Positions 37,501 through 48,400 of a stretch of 64,000 bases of DNA are shown one piece after another (the stretch's first letter is position 1; the number at the start of each line of letters is the position of its first letter). This DNA comes from a virus. Both the position numbers and the translations under genes were made by a program. The notes beneath the pieces were generated by a model. That model saw only the letters and a list, made by a program, of their open reading frames with translations. It searched no databases and was not told where the DNA came from. The stretch is from IMG/VR virus record IMGVR_UViG_3300025133_000045, positions 1-64,000 of that record, one strand, 5' to 3'.

Positions 37501-38309
37501 AGCGTTAAGATAGAATGAGAATGGGAGCCATGTTTAGCACCCGCCATATAAACGCCGCCCTGCTGATGAACAGCGCCATTCCATATTTCGCCTTCGGGCG
37601 TGTAGAATACATACGATTCAGAAACAACAGAACCATTGTCTATGACGATCTCTGAAGTTATCTGTTCCGATATAACTCCCTGATTCATATTATAGCCATA
37701 CATGTTCAAATTATAGTCTTGAGACATTTGAGTTATGTCGAAATAGCAGAACACAAAATAAGCCAGATGATTTGGCTGTGAGTCGTTTAGGCTAAAGGTG
37801 GCCTTATATGGTATATCAGCGCCAAGGTCTCTTCCAGTTTCATCCGTCGAATAGAAGCTCTTGGTGTCCTCTCCCTCTTTCGAGAGTGATATAATTTTTT
37901 CTTTATATGTTCCCCTATTGGCCTCGTCTAAAGCAATAACTTCTCCATTTATAAGCCTGTCTGTTAACGACTTGTCCACACTTTGGATTACTTTGATTTT
38001 CATATATTTCAAGAGTTCTGCATCATAAAACCAAGAGCTTAACTCAGAACTCTCGATGACATCTTTAACAATCAGATCAACCGTGATTAGCAAAGCTTTG
38101 GGAGAGGTTGTTGGTGGTTGAGATTTTGAATAAGCGACATTCCCATTTTTATCAAGCTTAACAGCATACTCTTGAATGTGGGGATTTTCCACCTCAATAA
38201 AAGCCGAGTTATTTTCCAACGTTATCTTGTTCACGAACACAGTTGGCATCAGTCTTTTTTCATAAGTGTCGTTACCAAAAACTCCAGCGTTATCAACTCT
38301 AGTCACCAT
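34515..38309 (-). CDS. Large virion structural protein (1264 aa)
   Basis: Long ORF in baseplate block; low-complexity C-terminus. Confidence 0.65.
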   Translation of the reverse strand: MVTRVDNAGVFGNDTYEKRLMPTVFVNKITLENNSAFIEVENPHIQEYAVKLDKNGNVAYSKSQPPTTSPKALLITVDLIVKDVIESSELSSWFYDAELLKYMKIKVIQSVDKSLTDRLINGEVIALDEANRGTYKEKIISLSKEGEDTKSFYSTDETGRDLGADIPYKATFSLNDSQPNHLAYFVFCYFDITQMSQDYNLNMYGYNMNQGVISEQITSEIVIDNGSVVSESYVFYTPEGEIWNGAVHQQGGVYMAGAKHGSHSHSILTLEKVINTTVQDFRDIDAPLAKEINLKPIESYLDRVGENYAASKVTVEDRSAYFSDAFVTRGLEAGGTISNFVFSFDFMELIKQQSQFGSLFTFSRNAEAKKRMLKLSRVITLKIFRHRANPQITFNKVGSPVKGGNLRIHPYNAFGKAPVLVVESGDINGSLKKEKKETEGSIREIYLRNTGDIRTYAVSDYTIDKETDGLYQYSVEVEVEDGTITYMNDILSKLSKSLGGFSLYYNLSTSPSFYDESTGQFKPEFMDYYDNKRPPVKPWVDAIAQFCQALSVLTDMGTAENTRLYKRLFTLCNPRSGTPAGIYGILGLIQKLEAILVERLGDKKSVNVNRVAKTGTSQSFEKFILKDAQLFSHLFDSEVPDQYGLEFMNLRNRNSYSGPHTFTIRDYKNRLVEENSKYFVPKGAKLSQQVLGVALPVADSDPFSGLKDLETYGATYLTPEAARNGSLTLSMSGKSGDMLANTEGFSDFSVSVLTREIQKHGNNVEPAPASTENNNERANFLGQLGVTVQSPFESKDLSTSAATSAASIDATVSSVGMLGVGDKFVSDALLMNSAFAPPVPDIDMKQIANMFSSNLNFMRNQRFSPDASFKGGTKVEQIKIGDLNLANNGAILENYSVPDSPGTYDTEAMRAIPNQIKSVIMSTDDMVKESWFAKDYDVANDTRTAAMFMWNYQNIAQVEYLVSYKHTSTEGIQVSAPVWAPLKFNILNTLARESSVILCRLVMYSDPVYKIGMSQFAQMPYYNSYFLLASDNKAAASPKPRARSSRSLASTLSGLGSRLSNELSKSGSSTNMRTVIRQEKAKNPQSYHDPYKDNGSLDNIVSTLMDEVSCLCVGKILIPETRPHVAGPTQEVAASNAVEDDTFSYNLDFIGAPLETSGKEPIQTFDYVDSYMQAVAGTSPTQASPTQATPQTQATPTDMELLSDLASQWDSLTLDLAQPAMLDGITGKTDSVLGGGAMDEPDTAAPSAFGGSSTMRGSSTMRGY
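34522..34556. repeat. 2 x 17-bp direct repeat, 18-bp period (encodes GSSTMR x2)
   Basis: CCCCTCATAGTGGAGGA twice. Confidence 0.9.
34719..34778. repeat. Imperfect 15-21 bp tandem repeat (encodes SPTQA/TPQTQA)
   Basis: Repeated TGTCGGTG..GCCTGTG units. Confidence 0.85.
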
Positions 38310-39373
38310 TAAGCCACTCCACTGTCTATCTCACACTTTTCACTTTCAATGTCTTCATCGGGATATATGTTCCCGGCAGTCAAAGAGGTGGCAAGATCAG
38401 GACATTTGAATTCTGTTTCGATATAGACACCTTGTGCTTTCAAATTCGATAAGGAGCTACAAATGGTGGCTTCATCAATTTCACTATCAACGAACACATC
38501 AAAAAAATACTCTGTAAAACTGGAGTCCAACTCCACATTAACATCATCAGTTTCAACTAAAATGTTGTTTACAATCTCTTGCTTTTTCTTTCTGAAGTTC
38601 ATCGGAATGAGATTTTCTCTGGAACCTCCATTAGAGAGCGTTTCGGTTTTAATCTCGTAGATTTCAATATCAAAATTCTCTCTCTCATAACGAGAATTTA
38701 TTTCCTCTAAGTCTAGCAGAATGTGGTCTGCTTGAACCGATACAAAAGTCCCGTCTGGAAAAATGCCCTCTTGCAGCGCCGGGTCAGACTCAACCGGCTG
38801 GTATGGGTCAGCCACTACAGGAGTTTCCTCACTACCTTCAGGCGACTCTGGCTTCATGTTGATGCTTTTAATGCGTGTTTTATATTTTATCGTTGCCTCT
38901 ACTTGAGGGATTTTTTGAAGGGAGTGGCTCCCCGTATAGACCATCGTAGAGCCCCTTATCTCGTTGTTGTAGAACCTCATCTTCCATGCAGGGGCCTTAT
39001 CAGCCGAGATATCAGAGTGCCCCAGAGGAGCATTTAAAGCCGTAAAGTGTTTATCCACCGTGGATGGAAACCTAATCTTTTGATCTTCCCTCAATCTAGG
39101 GTTGTCTGCCACAATCAAATTGTAAGATAAGACCTGTTCGCCTCGACCTTCAAATGAGTGCTGAGTCTTTGAAGAAGGCGTTTCGCTCTGAATCCGAGTT
39201 TCATAATCATTTTGAGAGCCCGAATATCCGGCATAACGTGGATCGTACAACACATTGTTGTCAAAAAACGAATAGTAGACCGGCTTAAACTTCCCCAGCG
39301 AAAGCAAATATTCCCCATATTTGGTAAGCTCTATATCGATTACATCTTGTTTCTGGTTAAAAAATGTCGTCAT
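38309..39373 (-). CDS. Baseplate structural protein, N-terminus paralogous to 30455..31387
   Basis: FFNQKQDVIDIELTKYGEYLLSLGKFKPVYYSFFDNNVLYD. Confidence 0.6.
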   Translation of the reverse strand: MTTFFNQKQDVIDIELTKYGEYLLSLGKFKPVYYSFFDNNVLYDPRYAGYSGSQNDYETRIQSETPSSKTQHSFEGRGEQVLSYNLIVADNPRLREDQKIRFPSTVDKHFTALNAPLGHSDISADKAPAWKMRFYNNEIRGSTMVYTGSHSLQKIPQVEATIKYKTRIKSINMKPESPEGSEETPVVADPYQPVESDPALQEGIFPDGTFVSVQADHILLDLEEINSRYERENFDIEIYEIKTETLSNGGSRENLIPMNFRKKKQEIVNNILVETDDVNVELDSSFTEYFFDVFVDSEIDEATICSSLSNLKAQGVYIETEFKCPDLATSLTAGNIYPDEDIESEKCEIDSGVA

Positions 39374-39378
39374 TGTAT

Positions 39379-39386
39379 TAATTAGC
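39379..39386 (-). promoter_or_regulatory. Degenerate late promoter GCTAATTA
   Basis: One mismatch to consensus; only 5 nt before ATG 39373. Confidence 0.45.
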
Positions 39387-39421
39387 TCTCATATCGAAAT
39401 ATTAATGAGTTTAATCAGGCA

Positions 39422-42400
39422 TCACTCTTCTGGCAAAAAGTCTGAATTCAAGACGGGGGGCGTATCTTCGATGTCGACTTGAGCTTCGATATTGGCAAAT
39501 TCAACCAAAGAGAAGAAGTCATACGGCCAGTTATATGAATATTTAACATTCGATACCTCTGTATCAGCGCCGCCCATCTTAAAGTTGAAAGAGAAATCTG
39601 TATCACCGCCAACACGCGACAACACTTTGCTATAGTAATTCCAATTCGCCCTCTGCTTAACCTTAAAGACCATCCATTTCACTTCACTCTGAAGGGCTCT
39701 TCCGGTGGCTCTTCCGGTGGCCCCCATAAGCTCGTTCGTAAGAAGGGGATGACTTATCGTACTTTCTGAGATTTCTATTTTGGAAGCGGCCTTGGGCGGC
39801 AGATTCTGCCACATATAGGTCAAATCATCCCGATCAAAGGTATGCTTAAACTCAAATATGTACATGGCTATCGGATCTACGCTGTCAAATTCCATAAAAT
39901 TAAACTTCGGAGGAATAACATATTTTTTCATGAGATCCAATTGATTTTTGATTGACTCTCCGACAACAAGTGCCGGGTCTGTGGTTACAGGCAACTCTAT
40001 CATTGAGGCACGATCAGGATCTTTTTCATTTAATCGATAAGCCTCTACGGTCACTTTTGGAATCTCAAAAAATGTTCGAACCCCACCATCCTCAATAAAC
40101 GGAATAGCAACAATAGCTTCGCTCACCTCAAATGATTCTGCTATTTGTCCTAACTTGATCCCGGTTTTATTAAACTTCATCTGGTCGGCCAAGCTGAGGT
40201 ACGATTTCCCCTGAGTAAGAAGCTCTGTCTGATAGTAATCAGTTGCCAGGCCGCCTGCAAAGGTTGGAACTTTATTTCTGACCCAATCGCTCCCAATGTC
40301 TGAGATTTCCATAAAAATTCCCTTATCATCAACATCGGGAGGCAACCCAAATTGATGCCACATGCCACGAGGAACAGTTGTCTTGCCATTGGCAGGCATC
40401 GTTAAGTTCCCCTGTGCCTCGGTTATCGGCCTTAAAGATCCAGACGTAGAGGTAAAATTCAACATTGGTGTTTCAAATTTTGGCTGAATGACCCATACGT
40501 TTTGTGTCGAGGCTGGATCATCCACCACCATAACCGGGGAACCATCAGGTCTATATTGTACAGAATTGACCTTGGCTTTGCCACTAACATTAATGGAAGC
40601 TGTTATTTGCATAGCATATTGATCCACATTGCTGCTATTGTAGGGCTTCGTGGCGTCTTGAACGCCATTACCTGCTTTTGTCCACTCAGAACCATCTACC
40701 CGCATACTGAGGATCTTTGCATCGCTCAAGATTTCATCCAAAGTGTGTCTGGGGTATGATGCTTTGAAAAGAATGTCACACCAGGCTTCTCCATCATAAT
40801 AGGGAGGAGTATAAGCCGGATTATACCCTTGCAAGGAATCCATCTTTGGTACAGCAGTTAAAACGGTTGCGAAGTCTCTTCCGGCAAGAGGAGGCCCAAA
40901 AGCTGTGGGACGGCTATACATTGTAAAAGTTTCTCTCAAACCATTTGCTTTTTCTTCCGGCGTAACTTGCGGAATAGGATAAGTTGTTTTTCCTGAAGAA
41001 GCCTCATAAGTTCTTTCTTGATTATAGCTCTTACGGAGCCTGATCCTCATAGCATAAACCTTGTTTGGCTGGAAGTTTTTAAAATCATTCTCCTTGGCTG
41101 AAATTATTGTTGACATTTGTCCATTGGGCAAAAACATATTGACACTCTCGGCCAAGAAGTTGTTGATCATCATTTCATAAAGCGGATCGCCTGACCCATC
41201 CCAGGAAGCGGTCATATTCATAGAGGCACTAGGATGAGGTTCCATATCCACAAAAGTCATATTTGAAATATAATCTGCTGGGCTAACCAGCGCCTCAAAA
41301 GGAACTCGATTATCAAAACCACTGGCGACTCCACCAGGGCCTCTGCCCCCACCATCAATGGAAGTTGGACGACCAATCATAAATATTTCAGCAGCACCAC
41401 CACTACCACTATTATTTACAACCTCATATGAGCCGCTGTACATTCCATAATCCACAGCTATGCCGGATTTAATTGTGTTATACATGATTCCTGGCGAATA
41501 GAACGGCTGTAAGAATGGCCTCAAAGCCGCTTTCGGGTAAGTGACACCATCGGTTACTGGACTGGCAAAATCTATACCACCCTTCACATTTACAAAGCGC
41601 GCATAAGACTGAGAGAACTGCGATGCCAAGTCCAAAGTCCTCTGTGCCGGATAGAATCCGTCATACGGAAGGAATTTTTTAATTGCCTTGCATCGCAAAG
41701 TAATCTTGGCTGGGCTCTTGAACCCTACGTGATCCGTGTATATCGTCTCAAAGCGCCTCATAAAATCTGAATTGCTGAAGATCTTGTAGAAATCGCTTCC
41801 ACTACTGTTTTGTGGTAACGTACCGGAAGCCCCAAAAATCTCAAACATTCTGGGATTGTCGGCAAGCCAATCGCCCACACCATTCTTAAGATATTTGTCG
41901 ATGTGCTCACTGATTCTAAATTCCGGTATGATAGAATACTCTTGGCTTTTCAGAATAGCATCTTTCATGTTGCTTTCATAATCAGGATCAATAGGCTCCC
42001 TTACACCAGAGACAAAAGAAGTAACGGCTGTCGTAATCGTGTTGCCTGCTTCGTCCACTGAATTCTCAATAGTTGTTTTAATTGTGCCCGCTAACCTGTT
42101 GGCTTCCCAGAGTGCATCGCCACTATAAATCTGAACATCCCCTTGGCGACGACTTGGATCAACTGTATTCGTAACACTGCCCGTTTGTGGGTTATCCAGC
42201 GTTATGCAAGTCGTAGACATCGTTGCAAAAAGCATATGCTTTCGCGCATATAAGGCTGAAGCGGTGATAAACTGTTTTGCCCCATTATGGACCATCAGAT
42301 AATCATTTTGCAATTCTCCTCCTGCACTTGAAGAAGCATTAGAGGCTGTACAGATGACCCCATCTGAGAAAATCTGAGAAGCATCGAGAGCCCAAGCACT

Positions 42401-45400
42401 TTGCGTTAACTGGTTGAACCGCCCATTGTATGGAGCCCCCATGCTGCTGCTCTTTTCAAAACCAAGAGTTGTTCTTTTAGCTCTCGTAGTGTCCCAAAAC
42501 TTAACTTTAAAATTCTGCCTCTCTCGGATCATTTCCATGCCAGCGTTATAAGACGCAGGATAAACTACTTGCCCGTACCTTAGAGATACAAATTCCTTTA
42601 CAGGCGTAGTTGGGTCGTTAAGAGCCCCGTTAAGATAAGCCTCTTTGATCCTATCATAAGCTGTATAAATGGTGTTCGGATTGACAGATACCAACTCTTC
42701 TAAAGCTCTATTCGAAAACCTTACAGTTTCGTTTCCATAAGAGGCATCAACAACAACTTGTTTTACCTCCATTCTCGGAGTGCCATCAGTTTCTATACCC
42801 ACTTGAGACTGGATGCCCAGCACAAATTGCAATGGCTTTGATGATTTATCAACAGGTGGCTCGGTAAATGTCTGTAGAGGCCCAAACCGATCCACCACGG
42901 GGGGTATCAGTAAACTGCCGAAGGTCATTAAAGTCCCAGGCACGCTCGCTGCTGTAGGCGCACCCGTGTAATATCGCATTATCCCAGGCGTATGGTTGAT
43001 CGTGATCGTATTATTTTTCCGATAATATCTTACAAGCTGGTGCTCTGCTGTTCTTGTCTGCTTCCAAGATGGATAGCCATAATAGCCATCACGATGGATA
43101 AGAACATCATGAAGAACGGAAGCAGTAACTGGTTGCACACCAACATTGACCTGTTGGATAAAAGAATCAGTGATCGTAGTGGTATCGGGAGCCGTATCGA
43201 TGTCGCCATAGTTCACATAGTAGCCGACTGGAGTAGTGCTTCCCGCAGAAGAAGTTACAATTTGATGCCCCAAGATAGCCTCTGAAGCGGTCATGGGTTC
43301 CACAATATTTGTATTCAAGTGCCTTGTCTGGGGAACTGATGAATCTGCTGCTGCTGCCAGATTGATGTAATCTCCACCATAATCTCGGACTCCAGAATCG
43401 TTATAACTCACAAAATCCGATGAGGAAACAAAGTTGATAGAACTTACAATTCCAGCAGAAGTTGACAGTAGGCCGTCTGGGGAACCATGACCATAGCTCA
43501 AAGACCCAGTATACGAAGCAGTGATCCAAGCGTAGCTTAGCTCCATCTGTGGGATTTCGTGTGTCACATATCCATTGTCGTAAACGCTGGCTGTAAGAGT
43601 TACCGCATCACCGGACGGCAATCCAGCCAATGGTCCCCAGGTCGTCGTTCCACTAAGCTCTGGTCGCTTAAGGGTATTTCTGTTTACTTTCTGGTAACTT
43701 CCGGTCCCACTATAATTGGCCGCATTTACAGTCGAAGCTCCAGAGCCTCCCCTATCCTGTACATTGCTGAAGAAACCAAACTGGTTAGCATGGTTGACCA
43801 ACAAGATCCTTTCAAGAGGAGTTCTAACTGTCAGATTCCGGTACGGCAATGCATTGTAAGGCGAATATTGACCAGATTCAAGATCAAGGCAATAGCCTCC
43901 ATTTGCATCGCCTGCGGTTTCAGGACCACCTGGTGCCGAGAACCTCTCCACGAAAACCCAATCATGCTTGCCTCTATCGGGCCTAGCATAGTCCACAATG
44001 CCTGTCACATAAGTTGAAGGGATGGCTGTCGATGACACGCCCTCGTTGTCAACAAAATAAACATTGTTAATGTCTCGACCAGAAGTTTGCACAATGTCAT
44101 AGAAATGTTCAAAGTTGCCGATATTAGAGCGTAACGACCCAGAAATAAATTCTGTCTGTGCTGGTCCGATGTCAGTGGAAGTTCCAGCGGGCAATGTTGT
44201 TTTATAAGCCCCCACGTCACTAGCAGTCATCTGAATATTGCGAATATTTACAGGGCGTTTGGCCACTTCATCACGGAGCAAAGAAGCTTCAGGGCGTCGT
44301 GAATTCGCATATGTCGTTGTCATTCTACGCGACTGAAGTGTTAAAACGCCGCCTGCTGTGATTCCTAAATTCCAAGCTTCTGGCCTTGTTGCAGAGCTTG
44401 TCAAGGTCGGGTCAGCAACCAAGCCAATGTGGCGATACTGATTTCCTCCGACATACTTTTCAGTGAACGGGCCTTGCATCGGGACTTCCATGTCCCCGCC
44501 ATAGACATCGTGATGATAGTTGTCCAGGCCCACACTGCCAATGTGCTGCATGGTTCCGGCACCATCTGGAACATCAGCCTGATATCCTGTTGTCACCGAC
44601 GAACTATAGAGGCTAAACGGAGCATAAATTTCCCCTATTCCCTCGGCTGTATAATCGTCGCCCCGCAGCCCAGCATCTCCAGATTGGAAAAGATATTTTG
44701 AACTGACCTCTTTCTTATCTATTTCAGGGGGGACTAGCGCATCATTACAGCTTTTTTCAGACTCAATCGACCCAATCATTGCGAGCGAGTCACTCGCAAA
44801 CGGAGACAAAGCTCCCCGCGTAAAACCAAAACGTTTACGTTGAGTAAAACTAGGTCCGCTCTTTACACTCTTCTCCTCGTCTACATTAAAATTATAAATT
44901 TCATCAAACCTTCTCAACGCAAAGGCTGAGCCTTGATAAGTCGTAGTTGGAAGAGTCCTTGTGGACTTGGCCAATGTAGGGCCAGGCGAACCTGTTCTGT
45001 AAGTCTCTATGACTTCTCGGTATTTCTCCCTATCTGAGTCTATCGCAGAGCCTGCGAAGTCATCAAATTTAATATTTGTTCTCTCGGCCCTGTCTTGCCA
45101 CCAAAGACAATTCGTATTCTCGTTGTCGTTAATGGGCGCATGACCATATTTCCAATCGTATTTAAGCTCCGTGATGCCGCGAACAGCGGCTTCTGGATCT
45201 GTAACCTTCATTTCGAGTGTCGGGAACTTATTCCAATATTTGTTTCTTTCGAGAGCGTGGCTCTCAACCATTGTTCGAATACCGTCCGAGAAATCAGCAG
45301 TAGCAGGAACCAGTTGCTGAAGCATCACTGACAGGGAGTTGTCGATCCATTTGTAATATTCGATATATTTGTCAAGATCGGGAGTGTTTCCAACACGCTC

Positions 45401-48400
45401 AAAGAAAAGCTCTCGGAGTTTCTCCAACTCTTTGTAATCTTGTCTGTAACGATTCTTGGGATCCCCGATGAGATTGTTGAACTCTACCACCGTCCCAAAG
45501 AAATTCATAATTTCTTGAGTGATGGTCCCATACATGCTCTTCTCAAAGGAGAAATAATAATTTATTGGCCTGGTGTCTCTCGTAAATTCTATGTCATCCT
45601 GTCGACTAAGAATGCTAATTGTATCCTGGCTGCTAAGTGTTTCCGGTGCGTTCTGGCGAAGACTATCGATATATGCCCGATCTACAGCACCAGTGCTTGA
45701 AGTCCGCATATTGTATGCTTGACCAGGATATTGATATCCGATTGTCCGAGCGAACTGAGGATTATTTTCATTATCGTGATAGCGATCGAATCTACCTGTC
45801 GAGCCGGAAGAGAAATCGTCAACTAAAAACTCTCCGCTTGAGTCAGAGCCCGTAACATTATCAAAGTCCCAATGGAGAGCCAGAGTCTCCATTTCTGGCA
45901 CCCAAGTGCCTGTTAGGGCTGTCTGCAACAAGAATGTACTTCGATAAGGACGGAGCGAACCAAAATTCCTTGGATCTTTCGCATGGGCTCTAATTGCTTC
46001 ATTCTCCAAGTAGCTTTCCCAATGTCGGAGCGAGGAAGCTCTAACATCAGACTGTTCAACAACAGAGCCTGTCCAGTTTGTTCTTGCAGCGCCCACGTAA
46101 TATCGATGATCTGCCGTCAAATAAGCACTTGCGGTCAGAGCCGAAGAGGTGAGGAGAAACTCATTCTTCAGGAGGCCAGACTCATAATTCACACCATATA
46201 ATTCAAGTTTAAGATAAGTGTCGTCAATGTCATAGTCTGTGGCGCTGCCAGCAGTTGAACCGGAAGCTCCATCAGCTACAGGATATTTTACATTCCTTGT
46301 TCGAACAGCGAAATTCCACCTTTGATTATCGTAGAGATTTGGATAGGCACTGGTTGTCAGATAAAATTCGGGAGTGGCTCCCTGATTCGATTTAAAGACC
46401 AAATAAGCATCTGAGGATTCTAAATCTGGCCGAACTGCGTAGAGGCTCCAACTATAGTCATCAGCCGTTGCAGCCTGCACATAACAAGTTTCATCGCCTG
46501 CCGTCTTGAGTCTGTGCGTTCCGAAAATAGAGGAAGACAGAAACGACGTTGAAAACCAGGATAGACTGCCTCGATCTCCCACCTTCTTGGGGAAAATTAC
46601 ATCTATCTCGGCGGTGGTCGGAATATAGGGTCCAACCGTTCCAGAAACAAAGGTAACATTGCTTGCGTGCGGATTCGAACTACGAGACTGTTGCGTTACA
46701 ACGCCCGAAAAACTGTCGGGGTGATTGAAGTTGGCATAGTTTTTACGAGAAACCACAGGATCATAATTGTCTCTGACTTTATAAGTTGCGTTGTTGCCGT
46801 ATAGATTGAGTCTAACAACCTCATCCCCAACACCAAAGCAACGAATAAGGTTCCTGAAAGACTTTAACGTTCCCTTGGACTTGTAGATGTAGATCAGATT
46901 GTTGTAAATATTTTTATAGATCCTGTTTTTAACCTCGCCTAAGTCGAGATTAAAATTCCTCTTCTCATCTCGACTCATAAACTCGGCTAATATACTGGCG
47001 TCGGCAAAAATTTCAGGAGCTTGCATTCCATAGTTTGCAACAAGGCGATTAGCAATCGGGATGGTCTTGTTTGAGCTACTTGCATAAGTGGCGTCCTTCA
47101 GGCGAGGAAACTCTTCCAACTGAAGGTGTAGGGAATCCGCATAGCTGCCCACAATTTGCAACATTTGCTTAAGAGTCCCTGGATCTTCATCAACAATCCA
47201 AGCCGGTATCCTGTTATAGAGTGTCGAGTTGTTCGTATAATCAAATACACTTCCTGATTGTATGAAGTCACTTCTCCTCGTTTTGAGCGTTGGATATTCT
47301 GGTCGAATAATGGGATCTTCAAACTCAGCGGCCAAGGCCGAAGCGGACACCATAGCAGAGCCCGTATTTCTCGCCAAAGAGCCTGGATAATTGACCCAGT
47401 TACCGTTTGATATCCTTCCACTGTAATCGAGCACAATGGAATCTAACGAATCCGTACCCGTAGCCCCTTCATTAAATTTATAATATACGCCCAGACCAGC
47501 ATTGGATACATCGGAATTAGAGCCTCCACGAACTTGCCTGAAGAAGTTTAAACCGATGTCCTCTGCGGTTCGATAATCCTTCCAATATCTGAATTCATCG
47601 AGTGAAGCAGAAAGCCTTGCGGAGCCCTCCATGCTTAAGCTATCATAAGCGTTACCAGAAGGAGTCGTCCTCAAGCCACCAATAAAGCTCTGTAAAGACC
47701 CCGTTACTTCCCCAAAAGTCATATCTGAAGAGGCTGTACTCTCTATGTATGCCCCACTATGGAAGAATTTCGCCTTAAGCTCTGCGTCGGCTGAACTGGA
47801 TTGAAACGAGAATCCAACATGATTCCAATTACCATCCAAAGAAGAAGTGGTGATGCTCTCGCCAAACTGCATATCCCAGACGCTAGAGCCAGAAGCCATA
47901 TGAACCCTGAAAGGATATTTACCCTCATCACCATGGCCACTCGCTGTAAGGTAGACGAGCAGTCTACCATAGCCTGCACTAGAAGATGCTTCACCATTCC
48001 AGAGATCAAAAACTGTTTCCTTCTCCGTGAGTGATGTGTCCCACCCGTTCTTCTTTATCCAGAACTCTACCGAAACGCCAGTCTCTAAATGGAAACGAAG
48101 ATTGGATGCCCTAGTTCCGTATCTTAGACCTTGGTATTCCCTGTCTGTATTATAAATATCCGTATCATAGTAGTTGGCACCCGCAAACTGAGTGCCGAGC
48201 GAACCAGCCGCCATTCCACCAGAAGCTGTATGTGGGCCTCCCTTAGTTACGATATATTCTGCACTGCTGGGTGTTCCCCACCCGTTAACTACACTGGCCT
48301 GAGTATAGGTGCCGTGACCTAAAGTGACATACCCGGTTGTACGAGGATATTGTTTCTCAAAGATATACAGATCAAAATATGAAGAACTATTGAAATATTC

